Part shown: one piece after another, positions 63,314-64,000 of the stretch
Numbering within the stretch: position 1 is the stretch's first letter
Layout of the letters: every line of letters begins with the position of its first letter
Assembly: GCA_030704615.1 (NCBI GenBank)
Contig: CM060731.1
Coordinates: 95,046,001-95,110,000 of the forward strand
Source of the DNA: Takakia lepidozioides
Lineage: Eukaryota > Plantae > Bryophyta
DNA: 64,000 bases
Reading direction: 5' to 3'
Notes under the pieces: model-generated
Database searches by the model: none
Told to the model about the DNA's origin: nothing
The model's input: the letters and a program-made list of their open reading frames with translations, nothing else
Position numbers and translations under genes: made by a program

Positions 63314-64000
63314 TTGACAATATCGTGCTTGGTAATGACATTTCATGGATACTTGTGGTAACTAATATATATCATTTGCATTGTCTAATGTATGTCATCC
63401 GACTTTGATGTTGACGTTTAATGAATTTGGAATCATGCAAATTCGCTTGAAAGCTAAATTTTGATTCATTGCTTCATAATATTTTTATTATTTGATTTAA
63501 TTTAAATGCAACATTATATTAAGTTTTGTCCGGATTTAAACCAAAAGTCTGGAATTAGTTAAATTTGAGTTAAAAGCTCGTGGAGGCTCAACTACAAGAA
63601 GATGAGCCTTCCTAAGCCTCACGTAGAGATCTTAGCCTCTCCCCGTCCCAAGTGAGGTTCGCCACCTCATTTGTCACATGGAACTAAATGAAGTTCCAAT
63701 ACCAACAAAATACAAATATAAATGTATAAAGTCCTAATTAGCTAGAAATAACTATTTCTACTAACCATGACTAAACCATGACAAGACGTTGTTTGTCGTC
63801 ACGCCCAGTTTGGACGTAACAAAAGGGACCATAAACTACCTTTGTGAGGGGCTTGCCCTGGTAGAGTGACTTGCTTTGATATAAATAATTAGTTCTGTCG
63901 GAGCAGTAGAAAAGAGAAGAGTAGGAAAGGGAGGAATGATTAGAGAGACCAGCAACAAAGTCTTTTCACCCTCTACTGCTCATTTCTCCCTCCCTCCCTT

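Noticed and set aside
63860-64000. TATA-like promoter near the window end
   Set aside because: No downstream gene is visible, and the motif alone is insufficient.

Overview
Eukaryotic DNA made almost entirely of nested transposons. GT-AG introns and PLS-type PPR fragments point to a land plant, probably a non-seed lineage (inference). The main feature is a family of large Mutator-like (MULE) DNA transposons. Two complete copies, A (1374-16127) and B (22466-35035), have 21-bp imperfect TIRs and perfect 9-bp target-site duplications (TSDs). Fragments of a second B copy and of a third subfamily C are also present. Each element carries a GCM-DDE-SWIM transposase and, divergently, a multi-exon gene (~1360 aa in A) that fuses a ParB/Srx-like domain to a beta-class amino (N4C/N6A) DNA methyltransferase fold with an unusual DIPDG motif IV. 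Each subfamily has its own palindrome (A: ATGCGG-NN-CCGCAT; B: ATTCGG-NN-CCGAAT; C: GTGCG-NNNN-CGCAC). These sit in the intergenic spacer and introns, and in A and part of B they are phased at exactly 53 bp. My hypothesis is a transposon-encoded, parS/ParB-like self-recognition and epigenetic marking or anti-silencing system. The right third holds a rearranged Gypsy element (inverted gag, extra 3' ORF, one LTR), PPR pseudogene fragments, a 5'-truncated LINE, and a Gypsy fragment carrying a C5-cytosine methyltransferase domain. All domain calls come from motif recognition by eye; no searches were run.
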